Shown one piece after another: positions 20,777-29,037 of a stretch of 35,599 nucleotides of DNA. Source of the DNA: Candidatus Sulfobium sp. (GTDB lineage: Bacteria; Nitrospirota; Thermodesulfovibrionia; Thermodesulfovibrionales; UBA6898); the NCBI GenBank assembly GCA_037380845.1, contig JARRRI010000024.1, positions 1 through 35,599 on the forward strand. The letters are read 5' to 3'. Below the pieces are notes generated by a model. The model was not told the DNA's origin. It did no database searches and worked only from the letters and a program-made list of their open reading frames with translations. Positions within the stretch are counted from its first letter, which is position 1. The number at the start of each line of letters is the position of its first letter. The position numbers were made by a program, and so were the translations under genes.

Positions 20777-21382
20777 CTAGAATCTGAATCCCAGCACCCC
20801 GGATGCCACAAAGCCGTCGAGTTTAATCTTTGTCCCCAGCATATGTGCGCCGGTCGTGACAACATACTTACCCTCCGCGCCGACGAATATTTTCTTCGTA
20901 ATATCGAAGTTGAGCCCCACCACGGCGTGTCCTTCCACTGCTGTCGCATGAGCGTCATTGGAGTAGTTGCCTGAAACCGTGTTTGTCCCGTCCGCCGTCA
21001 GATTTGCAAAATAAAGCCCTGGTCCTACGCCTGCATTCAACTCGCCGCCTCTGAAAGGTATGATCCCCTTGAAGGTTACCGTAACGGGTATGACCCATAG
21101 GTCGTCATCCTCGCTGAAATCGGCTCCGGTCCTGGATGACTCGGTACGGAAGTATCCGACTCCCGCCTCCAAAGCCAGATGACGACTATAGTAAGTCCCC
21201 ACCGCCACCTCGCCGGAAAATGACTTGTCGAACCCCTTATGGTCCAGATCGTTGGTCGGGATGAAGGCCCCAGGTTTTAGCAGTATGTAGCCGCCTGTTC
21301 TCCCCAGTGCAAAAGAATTGGCCGCTCCAGACAAAATAAACAGCAGGACTGCAAACAGAATTACGGTTATCGAACGATTCAT
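20777..21382 (-). CDS. Outer-membrane beta-barrel protein (OmpW/OmpA-like, ~8 strands)
   Basis: Signal peptide MNRSITVILFAVLLFILSGAANSFA; amphipathic strands; C-terminal GVLGFRF; start at 21382 after GGAGGGG. Confidence 0.85.
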   Translation of the reverse strand: MNRSITVILFAVLLFILSGAANSFALGRTGGYILLKPGAFIPTNDLDHKGFDKSFSGEVAVGTYYSRHLALEAGVGYFRTESSRTGADFSEDDDLWVIPVTVTFKGIIPFRGGELNAGVGPGLYFANLTADGTNTVSGNYSNDAHATAVEGHAVVGLNFDITKKIFVGAEGKYVVTTGAHMLGTKIKLDGFVASGVLGFRF

Positions 21383-21462
21383 TTCCCCTCCTTCATTATT
21401 GTCCAATTTTCCACGCCTTATGATATATAGATTCTTTTATCCGAAACCTTCATCTTCTTCCT

Positions 21463-23235
21463 CTACTTTAATCCGTTATTCACAGCGTCCTTACGGAACC
21501 TTGGCCAAGGCGTATCGGCAAGGGGACTGTCTCCGATGACGGCGTAGACCTTACTGTCGCCGGAGCCCGTAGCAAAGTAAACGGTCCCGTCAGGTGCGAT
21601 GTTGGGTGACGAGTTCACTGCTGCCGTCTGTGTGGTAATGATACGTGACTTCAATGTGCCGTCGGGGTTAAGAGCATAAAGACTGCCGTCGTCCGAACCG
21701 ACGTAAATCGTCCCGTCTGAGGCAAGAGCCGGTGATGACCTCACAGGCCCCCTCGTCGGGAATTGCCACTTTATAGAGCCGTCCGGGCTCAGGGCGAAGA
21801 AGTCTTCCTTGTCCGAGCCGACATAGATAGTACCGTCATTGCCTATCGCGGGAGATGACTTTACATTGCCGAACAGGTCGGTGAACCACTTCAACTGGCC
21901 GCTCGGGTCTAAGGCATATAAATATCCGATGGTCTTCGGAGCGACCGTTACGTACTCATGGCTTGTGGCCCCATATCCAGTGACGGTTCCGTCAGATCCG
22001 ACATAAATCGTGCCGTCTGAGCCTATCGAAGGTGAGGAGTCCATAGGACCCAGCGCCCTGAACTCCCATTTCAGGGTGCCGTCTGGATTTAGGGCATAGA
22101 GATGGCCGTTTACCGGATAGCCCGGATCGGCGTCACTTGGCGGGAAGTCTGAAGTGTCATCGCATATATTTGTTCTGTCGTTTAAGATATCACCTTCAGA
22201 CGCAATGTAGATCGTCCCATCGGTCCCTATTGTAGGAGATGAATTTACGACGCCTGACAGAGCGAATTCCCACTTCTTCGAGCCGTCGGGGTTGACAGCA
22301 TAGAGGCGGCCGATCGTCACCGTTACACCGCAGCTGTATACAAGCACGTCCATATTCGTTCCTCCCGCATAAATTGTCCCGTCGCTTCCAATTGCCGGAG
22401 ATGAGGAAAGAACGGTCTTTGTAGGGAAAACCCATTTCAGAGCGCCGTCTGGTGATAGCGCATAGAGCTGCCTGTCATAAGAGGCGGCATAAATCGTCCC
22501 GTCGCTTCCTATGGCTGGAGATGCCGACATGGCCTGACCAGCGGCCTGTCCCGCTTCATATGTCCATTTAAGGGTTCCGTCCGGATTTACCGCGTATAGA
22601 AAATCGTTGCCGGATCCGGCATACAGTGTTCCGTCCGGGGCAATTGCGGGGGAAGAGATAAAAGGCGAAGGGAACGGTGAACCAGAGCCGTTCACTGCAA
22701 TATTGAAACTCCACTTCACGGGACTGAAAAAACCGAAGTTAACGTTCTGGATGCTTCCGTTTGGATCGGTTATGTCGACCCGTAGTGTGGCGGTGGGAGT
22801 CAGAGCTTCTATTTCGAAGGCCGGTTCTTCGTTATTTGTAGTCAGCGTAAGACCGTTGATGGATGGCTGGGTTTCGTCGACGCTTACGAAGTATCTTCCC
22901 CCGGATGTCACAGTGAAACTGTAGCTTCCGTTTGAATCGGTGGTCGTGGTTGACACCTGTTCGTCGGTGCGGTCGAGACTCCCGTTTCCGTTGGAATCCT
23001 TAAACAGGACGAGATGAACATCCGGGATGCCGGGCTCGCCCGGATTTATAGTTCTGTCCTTATTGAAGTCTTTCCAGACAGCGCCGTTAATCGACCCGGA
23101 GCCTGTGCCGCCCCCGGTAGTTGCTTCACCGCCTCCTCCTATTATGGCGCTGGAGCCACTACTACTGTGACCGCAACCCGAAACAAGCAGACATAAGATG
23201 CCGAACAAGAATAATAAATGAACCCGTTTTTTCAT
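21463..23235 (-). CDS. Lipoprotein with SdrD B-like domain and 8-blade PQQ-like beta-propeller
   Basis: Lipobox LVSG-C; Gly/Ser linker; VWKDFNKDRTINPGEPGI...TTTDSNGSYSF; eight SSPxIxxDGTIY...LYALxPDGxLKW repeats. Confidence 0.85.
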   Translation of the reverse strand: MKKRVHLLFLFGILCLLVSGCGHSSSGSSAIIGGGGEATTGGGTGSGSINGAVWKDFNKDRTINPGEPGIPDVHLVLFKDSNGNGSLDRTDEQVSTTTTDSNGSYSFTVTSGGRYFVSVDETQPSINGLTLTTNNEEPAFEIEALTPTATLRVDITDPNGSIQNVNFGFFSPVKWSFNIAVNGSGSPFPSPFISSPAIAPDGTLYAGSGNDFLYAVNPDGTLKWTYEAGQAAGQAMSASPAIGSDGTIYAASYDRQLYALSPDGALKWVFPTKTVLSSSPAIGSDGTIYAGGTNMDVLVYSCGVTVTIGRLYAVNPDGSKKWEFALSGVVNSSPTIGTDGTIYIASEGDILNDRTNICDDTSDFPPSDADPGYPVNGHLYALNPDGTLKWEFRALGPMDSSPSIGSDGTIYVGSDGTVTGYGATSHEYVTVAPKTIGYLYALDPSGQLKWFTDLFGNVKSSPAIGNDGTIYVGSDKEDFFALSPDGSIKWQFPTRGPVRSSPALASDGTIYVGSDDGSLYALNPDGTLKSRIITTQTAAVNSSPNIAPDGTVYFATGSGDSKVYAVIGDSPLADTPWPRFRKDAVNNGLK

Positions 23236-23329
23236 AGCTTTCTCCTGGTTTAGATTTTGTTTGGATTTCGCCCGACCCCGACCTTGTAACGAACCCCGGA
23301 ATTACATAATCCCCCCGGTTTTTTTCTAA

Positions 23330-23357
23330 ATGATACCAGAGTTGCAATCGATGTCAA
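23330..23357 (-). promoter_or_regulatory. Sigma70-like promoter for the propeller lipoprotein
   Basis: Minus strand TTGACA-16 nt-TATCAT with TG extended -10. Confidence 0.55.
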
Positions 23358-23525
23358 GTCTTTAGTAGGGGAAGGGGAAAATTTTCTGATAACCCGCATT
23401 AGTCATAAACTTCAGAGAGGCTTACAGCACCGAGGTGGATAGAGCTTCGGGGCACAGGGAAATGGGGGAGGAGTTTTTGTTTCGCGGCACGTTTATGAAA
23501 TAATCCTGGTTAAAAGCTGTTCGGA

Positions 23526-24497
23526 TCAATAGGGATTCCACAGATGGCAGGAGACCATACGTCTGTGGCTTTCTTTCAGCATCGGCACGACCTTGTCACA
23601 GGGTTCGAACCTCTTGGGACATCGGGGGTGAAAAGGGCACCCGGGAGGGATGTTTATAGGGCTCGGCACTTCACCCTTGATGGGTGCGGCGTGTACTCTT
23701 TTTTCGCCCGCGGCTTCCAGTTTAGGTGCGGCTGCGAGGAGGACCTCCGTGTAGGGATGAAAGGGCCTTTCGAACAGCTCGCCTGTTTTCGAATATTCCA
23801 CGATCTTCCCCAGGTACATTACGCCCACGTTGTCGCTGAAGTAGTTGACCACCCTCAGATCATGGCTTATAAACAGGAAGGAGATCCCGGACTTTTCCTT
23901 CAGACCTGCAAGAAGATTTATAATCTGCGCCTGAATGGAGACGTCCAGCGCCGACAGGGGCTCGTCCGCAACAATGACCTCCGGAGAAACGGCCAGTGCC
24001 CTCGCGATACATATCCTCTGTCTCTGGCCGCCGCTGAATTCATGGGGATAGCGGTTTACAACGTCCGGTCCCAGACCGACCCTGCCGATGATTTCCACGA
24101 CCATGTCCTTCAAGTCCCGGCGGGCCGAGATTTTGTGGATTATCAGCGGCTCGGAGATGGTTTCATAGACCGTCCTCCGCGGGTTAAGAGACGCGAAAGG
24201 GTCCTGGAATATGATCTGGACCGACTTTCTGAAGCCCTTCATGGCCTGTCTGTCCATGCCGAAGACATCCATGCCCTTGAACATCACCCTTCCCGATGTT
24301 GGTTCCATCAGCCTGAGGACAAGCTTTGCAACTGTGGATTTGCCGCAGCCGCTTTCGCCGACCAGGGCCATAACGCTGTTCTGGGGAATGGAGAAATCTA
24401 TGCCGTCTACCGCCTTCAGCACCCTGCCGGGGCCTTCGGCCCTGCCCTTTACCTCAAAATGTTTCCTCAAGGAATTGACTGCCAGGAGTTCCGTCAT
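23526..24497 (-). CDS. Oligopeptide/dipeptide ABC transporter ATP-binding protein (OppF/DppF-like)
   Basis: GESGCGKS, QIIFQDPFASLNPR, FSGGQRQR, ADEPLSALD, HPYT, C-terminal CPFHPRC..C..C; start at 24497 (MTELL). Confidence 0.93.
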   Translation of the reverse strand: MTELLAVNSLRKHFEVKGRAEGPGRVLKAVDGIDFSIPQNSVMALVGESGCGKSTVAKLVLRLMEPTSGRVMFKGMDVFGMDRQAMKGFRKSVQIIFQDPFASLNPRRTVYETISEPLIIHKISARRDLKDMVVEIIGRVGLGPDVVNRYPHEFSGGQRQRICIARALAVSPEVIVADEPLSALDVSIQAQIINLLAGLKEKSGISFLFISHDLRVVNYFSDNVGVMYLGKIVEYSKTGELFERPFHPYTEVLLAAAPKLEAAGEKRVHAAPIKGEVPSPINIPPGCPFHPRCPKRFEPCDKVVPMLKESHRRMVSCHLWNPY

Positions 24498-25450
24498 AAA
24501 TCCCCGGTCCTCCGGCATCTCACAAAATGGCCGCCGGCCACTTCCACAAACTCCGGCTCCCGCTCCTCGCAGACCCGCCGGGAGTTGTCGCATCTTTCCG
24601 AATAAGCGCATCCTGCAGGCAGGTCTTCGGGCCGTGGCACGGCACCTGAAATGGGATTTAGGGGCTTCCCCTTTGCCTGTGGTATCGACGCCAGAAGACC
24701 CTTTGTGTAAGGGTGCTTCGCGTTGCGGAACAACTCCCCCGTGTCGGCGACCTCAATGAGTCTTCCGGCATACATGACCGCTACTCTCGCGGCGTTTTCA
24801 GCAAGTACCGCCAGGTCATGGGTTATGAGAAGGATTGCCATTCCGTGCTCTTCCCTGAGTCCCTGGATAAGTTCGAGGATCTGTGCCTGGATCGTAACAT
24901 CGAGAGCTGTTGTCGGCTCGTCGGCTATCAGCAGAGAAGGGTTGCACGCTATCGCCATGGCTATCATGACGCGCTGTCTCATCCCCCCGGACATCTGGTG
25001 CGGGTATTCGCCCACCCTTGTTTCGGGAGAAGGTATTTTCACCGAACGCAGGAGGTCCACGGCCCTGGTCCGCGCCTCCTTTTTGGACATCGACAGATGG
25101 GTGACCAGAACTTCTTCGATCTGGTACCCGACAGTGAGCACCGGGTTGAGGGAAGTCATGGGTTCCTGGAAGACCATGGCCATGTCTCTTCCCCGCAGAT
25201 GCCTCATCGGTTCCGGATCCAGCTTGAGCAGGTCTCTTCCCCTGAAGAATATTTGTCCCCTGGCGAAGGCACTGGGCGGCAGAAGCCCCATTATGGAAAG
25301 AGCGGTTATGCTCTTCCCGCAGCCGCTCTCTCCCGCGAGTCCGAAAATTTCGGCTTCTTCTATCCTGAAGTCGAGACCGGAAACGACGGGAAGCGGATTT
25401 GAGGCTGAGCCGAAAAAGACGCTCAGATCCCTTACTTCCAGAAGGGACAC
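24494..25450 (-). CDS. Oligopeptide/dipeptide ABC transporter ATP-binding protein (OppD/DppD-like)
   Basis: GESGCGKS, FQEPMTSLNP, YPHQMSGGMRQR, ADEPTTALDVTIQAQIL, HPYTKGLL. Confidence 0.93.
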   Translation of the reverse strand: MSLLEVRDLSVFFGSASNPLPVVSGLDFRIEEAEIFGLAGESGCGKSITALSIMGLLPPSAFARGQIFFRGRDLLKLDPEPMRHLRGRDMAMVFQEPMTSLNPVLTVGYQIEEVLVTHLSMSKKEARTRAVDLLRSVKIPSPETRVGEYPHQMSGGMRQRVMIAMAIACNPSLLIADEPTTALDVTIQAQILELIQGLREEHGMAILLITHDLAVLAENAARVAVMYAGRLIEVADTGELFRNAKHPYTKGLLASIPQAKGKPLNPISGAVPRPEDLPAGCAYSERCDNSRRVCEEREPEFVEVAGGHFVRCRRTGDL

Positions 25451-25456
25451 GTCCTG

Positions 25457-26164
25457 CTACTTTTCCTCTTTTTTCAGAAGTCTGAGGTAATTTTCGGCCT
25501 CTTTCAGGTCGGGCATTCTTTCAAGCGCCCTCTCCCACTCCTCGAATGCCAGGCCGGTGAGACCTTCCATGTAATAACTCAGGCCCAACTGTACCCAGGC
25601 GGGTCCGTAAGAAGGATTGACCGCCTTCGCCTTTACAAAATGTACGACGGCCTCCTCGACGAGTCCCTTGTTCCTGAGTGCGATGCCGAGTTTGGTATGG
25701 ATGTCGGGCAGCTTCGGATGCAGCTTCACGGCCTTCCTGTACTCCTCGATGGCCTCGTCATTCATGTTGAACTGGAGGTAGAGGTTGCCTACCCTGAAAT
25801 GCTCGTTCGCCAGCTTGCCGGCGATGAAAGGGTCGAGCGCGTCAGGGGCGGGATGGGCGATCTGAGCTGCCATGGAAAAGACTTCCTGCGCCCTCTTGAA
25901 TTCCCCGAGGTCGTTATATGTGACTGCGAGGTTCAGGGAAGCCTCCGTATAGCTGGGGTTGATCTCCAGCGCTTTCTCGAAATGTTCGGCCGCTTTTGCC
26001 AGATCGCCGCCGAGATTGGAGATGACACCCAGTTTGTTGTGGACATCAGCGTACCGGGGGCTTATCTTGACGACTTCTTTGAGAATAGGTTCGGCCTCGG
26101 TCAGCTTGCCTTCTCCGTAAAGTCTGTTGCCGAGGTCATAAAGTTCTTGGAGGTTGGAATTCAT
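25457..26164 (-). CDS. Tetratricopeptide-repeat protein
   Basis: About six TPR units (YADVHNKLG, YTEASLNLA, PDIHTKLG, PAWVQLG); start at 26164 because the ORF-track start coincides with the -35 box. Confidence 0.88.
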   Translation of the reverse strand: MNSNLQELYDLGNRLYGEGKLTEAEPILKEVVKISPRYADVHNKLGVISNLGGDLAKAAEHFEKALEINPSYTEASLNLAVTYNDLGEFKRAQEVFSMAAQIAHPAPDALDPFIAGKLANEHFRVGNLYLQFNMNDEAIEEYRKAVKLHPKLPDIHTKLGIALRNKGLVEEAVVHFVKAKAVNPSYGPAWVQLGLSYYMEGLTGLAFEEWERALERMPDLKEAENYLRLLKKEEK

Positions 26165-26176
26165 GTATCTCAGGAA

Positions 26177-26206
26177 ATTATATGGACAGGGAGAAAAAAT
26201 TGTCAA
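26177..26206 (-). promoter_or_regulatory. Consensus sigma70 promoter for TPR-oppD-oppF
   Basis: Minus strand TTGACA-18 nt-TATAAT; ATG 12 nt downstream of the -10. Confidence 0.8.
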
Positions 26207-26233
26207 GGAAAACGTTGACTTGCCAGCGGTTCT

Positions 26234-26980
26234 TCATTCTCTCAGTGTGCCTGCCGGCTCCTCTCTCCTCGCCTTCAGCAGGAGCAGGAGGGACATTCCC
26301 ATCAGGAAGAAGAAGCCCCCGGCCAAAGCAAAAGGAGCACCGGGTTCCCTGCTTAACTCGATCAGAGCGACAGGGTAGGGCGACTGACGGACTGTCCTTA
26401 CATATATACCGAAGCCGTCGTGAAAGGAAGGATCGTTGGGCCTGATGACATCCCTGGTGACCACCCTGTTTTTTCTGTAATAGGTGATATCCGCCGACCA
26501 GCCGGTAACGTATCCCGTGGGGTCGACAGTTGTCTTTATCCGGTCAAAAACGGCCTCCGCGCCGCCGGGCAGACGCAGGACGGAACCCTCATACGCATAG
26601 GCCATTCCCTTGTAACTGCCATAGGAACTGAGAAGGTGTGCGAGAAGTATGAACAGAAAGCCGACATGAACGACCTGGGGAGAAATTATCAGCAGCCAAT
26701 TCCTTGCCCCTCTTTTTTTCACCACTGAGTCTACGCTGCATGCGAGGGTATTGATTGTAATAAGAGAGAGGACGGCGATCGACAGCCAGAGCCACCACGT
26801 CAACCGAAAAGGGCTTCCCGTCAACCACCGGAACAACGGGAGGGTGTATAACTCCTGAAACTCCGGCCGGGACGGCATGATCAGGGACCCGTAAAACAGA
26901 ACGACCAGAAGCACCAGAAGGAGCCAGACCGTGGTCTTCAGGGAGAGGAAAGTCTTTAAGGCTTTCTTCAATAAATCCAT
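26234..26980 (-). CDS. Short ResB/CcsB-like cytochrome c biogenesis protein
   Basis: FLSLKTTVWLL...INTLACS...VVHVGFLFILLAH (TM His)...IRPNDP...REPG then C-terminal TM; directly downstream of ccsA. Confidence 0.78.
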   Translation of the reverse strand: MDLLKKALKTFLSLKTTVWLLLVLLVVLFYGSLIMPSRPEFQELYTLPLFRWLTGSPFRLTWWLWLSIAVLSLITINTLACSVDSVVKKRGARNWLLIISPQVVHVGFLFILLAHLLSSYGSYKGMAYAYEGSVLRLPGGAEAVFDRIKTTVDPTGYVTGWSADITYYRKNRVVTRDVIRPNDPSFHDGFGIYVRTVRQSPYPVALIELSREPGAPFALAGGFFFLMGMSLLLLLKARREEPAGTLRE

Positions 26981-26990
26981 TTTACACTCT

Positions 26991-27722
26991 TCAGAACGAA
27001 TGGGAACTCTTCATGAGCAGACTCACTCCGAGATAAGTGAACATCACTATTATGAAGCCCACGATCCCCAACAGGGCTGCCGGCCTGCCGGTCCATCTGG
27101 ACGTAAGGCGCGCGTGCAGATAAAGGCCGTAAAACAGCCAGAGTATTACGGTCCACAACTCCTTCGGTGTCCAGAGCCAGTAGGTGCCCCATGCCAGATA
27201 GGCCCAGATACCCCCGAACACCATGGCTGCCGAGAAAAGGAAGTATCCTACGACAATGGTCTTGTACTGAAGGAGTTCGCTCCGTTTCTCCCCTGCCGAC
27301 AAGAAAACTGCGCCCAGCACCGCCCCTATTCCAAACAGGGCGTATGAAAAGAAGGAAAGCGCCACGTGAGCCTCGAACCAGACGGTTTTCAGCACCGGGG
27401 GAAGGGGGGAACTGTGCGGCTTAAACGGCAATGAGAGGAAGAGGAATAAGAGCGACAGTGCCGTGACAGAATAAAAGAGCGGCCGGGAGTTTTCCTGTTT
27501 AAAGGTCAGGGGGAAACCAAAAAGGGCGATGGAGGCGGAAAGGAAAAAAAGGGTATCGTGGGGCCCCACAATGGGCATTCTCCCGAGCAGCATTCCCCGG
27601 TAGAACATATAGCCGGCCTGGATGAGAAAAGCCGGCAGGATGAAAAATTTGCGACGGCAACCAAGCGTATAGAAAGCGGCTGCCGCCAGCGTCAGCAGGA
27701 GAACCGGATTGCCCAACGACAT
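26991..27722 (-). CDS. ccsA: Cytochrome c biogenesis protein CcsA/ResC (System II heme lyase)
   Basis: PPVLKTVWFEAHV, GGIWAYLAWGTYWLWTPKE (WWD-like), YLHAR, YLGVS...SSHSF. Confidence 0.88.
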   Translation of the reverse strand: MSLGNPVLLLTLAAAAFYTLGCRRKFFILPAFLIQAGYMFYRGMLLGRMPIVGPHDTLFFLSASIALFGFPLTFKQENSRPLFYSVTALSLLFLFLSLPFKPHSSPLPPVLKTVWFEAHVALSFFSYALFGIGAVLGAVFLSAGEKRSELLQYKTIVVGYFLFSAAMVFGGIWAYLAWGTYWLWTPKELWTVILWLFYGLYLHARLTSRWTGRPAALLGIVGFIIVMFTYLGVSLLMKSSHSF

Positions 27723-27725
27723 CCC

Positions 27726-28322
27726 CTATTCCCCCGCCAGTCTTCTGAACCTCAGGAACATATAAAAACCTATCAGAAAAGGTTCAAACCTTATGACCAT
27801 ATTGTCGGTAAAGCCCCACAGGAACTGAGAGATGACGAGCCGGGGCATGCTTACCGTCTCAAATCCCCTGTTCATCAGTACTTCCGTCAGCTCTTTTACT
27901 TCGAGAGAGAATACGTAGAGCAGATGAACGCCGAAAAGGACCAGAAGGGCCTCTGCGTAAGCCCTTTTCCTCCGGCGCAAAAAGAGGAACAGTCCACCCA
28001 TTACCGCAAACGTCAGAGGTGCGTTGAATGTATAGTTCGAAATCGTGACGGGGATGTCAATCAGCATTCCGGTGTTGCCGGAGAGAGGAGAAAAAGTGGC
28101 CATAATTACATCGCCTTTCCTCTCCAGTCCGTCGAGTTTAACGTCTTTGACTCCGCTGACGATCCAGGATGCCGTCAGGGTTACGCCGTGACCATAATAG
28201 TCCTTTACCTGTATCCAGGCAAGGAGGCCGACAAAATAGACCAGGAGGAAGATGCCCACGGCTATTGCCGCGGACGGCTTACTAGGAGGCCGCACCGGGT
28301 TTCGCATAGCGGAGATAGACAA
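27726..28322 (-). CDS. Exosortase-associated membrane protein (start may be 28307)
   Basis: About 4 TM segments, topology parallel to the upstream exosortase, no Cys; overlaps the exosortase 3' end. Confidence 0.6.
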   Translation of the reverse strand: MSISAMRNPVRPPSKPSAAIAVGIFLLVYFVGLLAWIQVKDYYGHGVTLTASWIVSGVKDVKLDGLERKGDVIMATFSPLSGNTGMLIDIPVTISNYTFNAPLTFAVMGGLFLFLRRRKRAYAEALLVLFGVHLLYVFSLEVKELTEVLMNRGFETVSMPRLVISQFLWGFTDNMVIRFEPFLIGFYMFLRFRRLAGE

Positions 28323-28842
28323 AGAAGAGTCCGAGGGAGATGGCGATCATAAGTCCCTGTGCCACATAGATGTGGATATACTCAAAGAGGCTCCTGTAAT
28401 GTATCCCTGAGTAGGCCAGACCGACGATGCGAAAAATGTTGACGATCTGCAAAACCACGAAGCCTGCCAGCACCCCGAGAAGCCGCTTCTTCCATGTCGA
28501 GGGAAAGGCGACTACGGCGACGGAGTATATCATCACGGCTTCAAGCCCGTTGCATCCGAATTTCACATCGAGAGAGATTGCCGGCAGCTGTAAAACCGAA
28601 TTATGGACAACACAGGGGATGCTCACAACCCCGAGGATCCAGGCGGTGACAAGAACGACCCCCCTTGTATACATACCGTTTACGTCTATTATCTTCTGCA
28701 GCGGGGTGTAGCCGATTATAAAGAAGAACGTTCCCATCAGGACCAGGTATATGAGAGCGAAGCGCCTTATGCTGATATAATTGAGGCCGGACTTTTTTTC
28801 TACCGGCCCCTTTTGCCAATTTTTTGTCTTCTTTCTGCCCAT
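28282..28842 (-). CDS. Exosortase/archaeosortase-family protein (exosortase H-like)
   Basis: Cys-Arg-His triad in the expected contexts: VKFGCNGLEA, VNIFRI, FEYIHIY; AFPSTWKKRLLG; ~4 TM; start at ATG 28842. Confidence 0.88.
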   Translation of the reverse strand: MGRKKTKNWQKGPVEKKSGLNYISIRRFALIYLVLMGTFFFIIGYTPLQKIIDVNGMYTRGVVLVTAWILGVVSIPCVVHNSVLQLPAISLDVKFGCNGLEAVMIYSVAVVAFPSTWKKRLLGVLAGFVVLQIVNIFRIVGLAYSGIHYRSLFEYIHIYVAQGLMIAISLGLFFVYLRYAKPGAAS

Positions 28843-28854
28843 GATCCAGACTCT

Positions 28855-28884
28855 ATTATACAACAACCGCGCGGCGGTCGTAAA
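28855..28884 (-). promoter_or_regulatory. Sigma70-like promoter for the exosortase-ccsA-resB unit
   Basis: Minus strand TTTACG-18 nt-TATAAT; ATG 12 nt downstream of the -10. Confidence 0.55.
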
Positions 28885-29037
28885 AAGCCCGAAGTTGTCG
28901 CCTCGGGAATGACGACTGACTCCTCCCCGGATCGTGTCGCCGAAATCCCTGGTCGCCGTTCTTCAGGGAATGGTTTTTCAGAGTTCACGAGTAAAGAGAT
29001 TCCCGCGCAGGATCACAGTCATCGCGGGGCGCGCCCG

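Noticed and set aside
21560..22660. Periodic DNA similarity that could be mistaken for a CRISPR or tandem array
   Set aside because: Degenerate, in-frame repeats encoding beta-propeller blades
23236..23329. 5' UTR of the propeller lipoprotein as a c-di-GMP or other riboswitch
   Set aside because: Lacks the GGCAAAC/GAAA/GACGCAAAG pattern; no convincing fold
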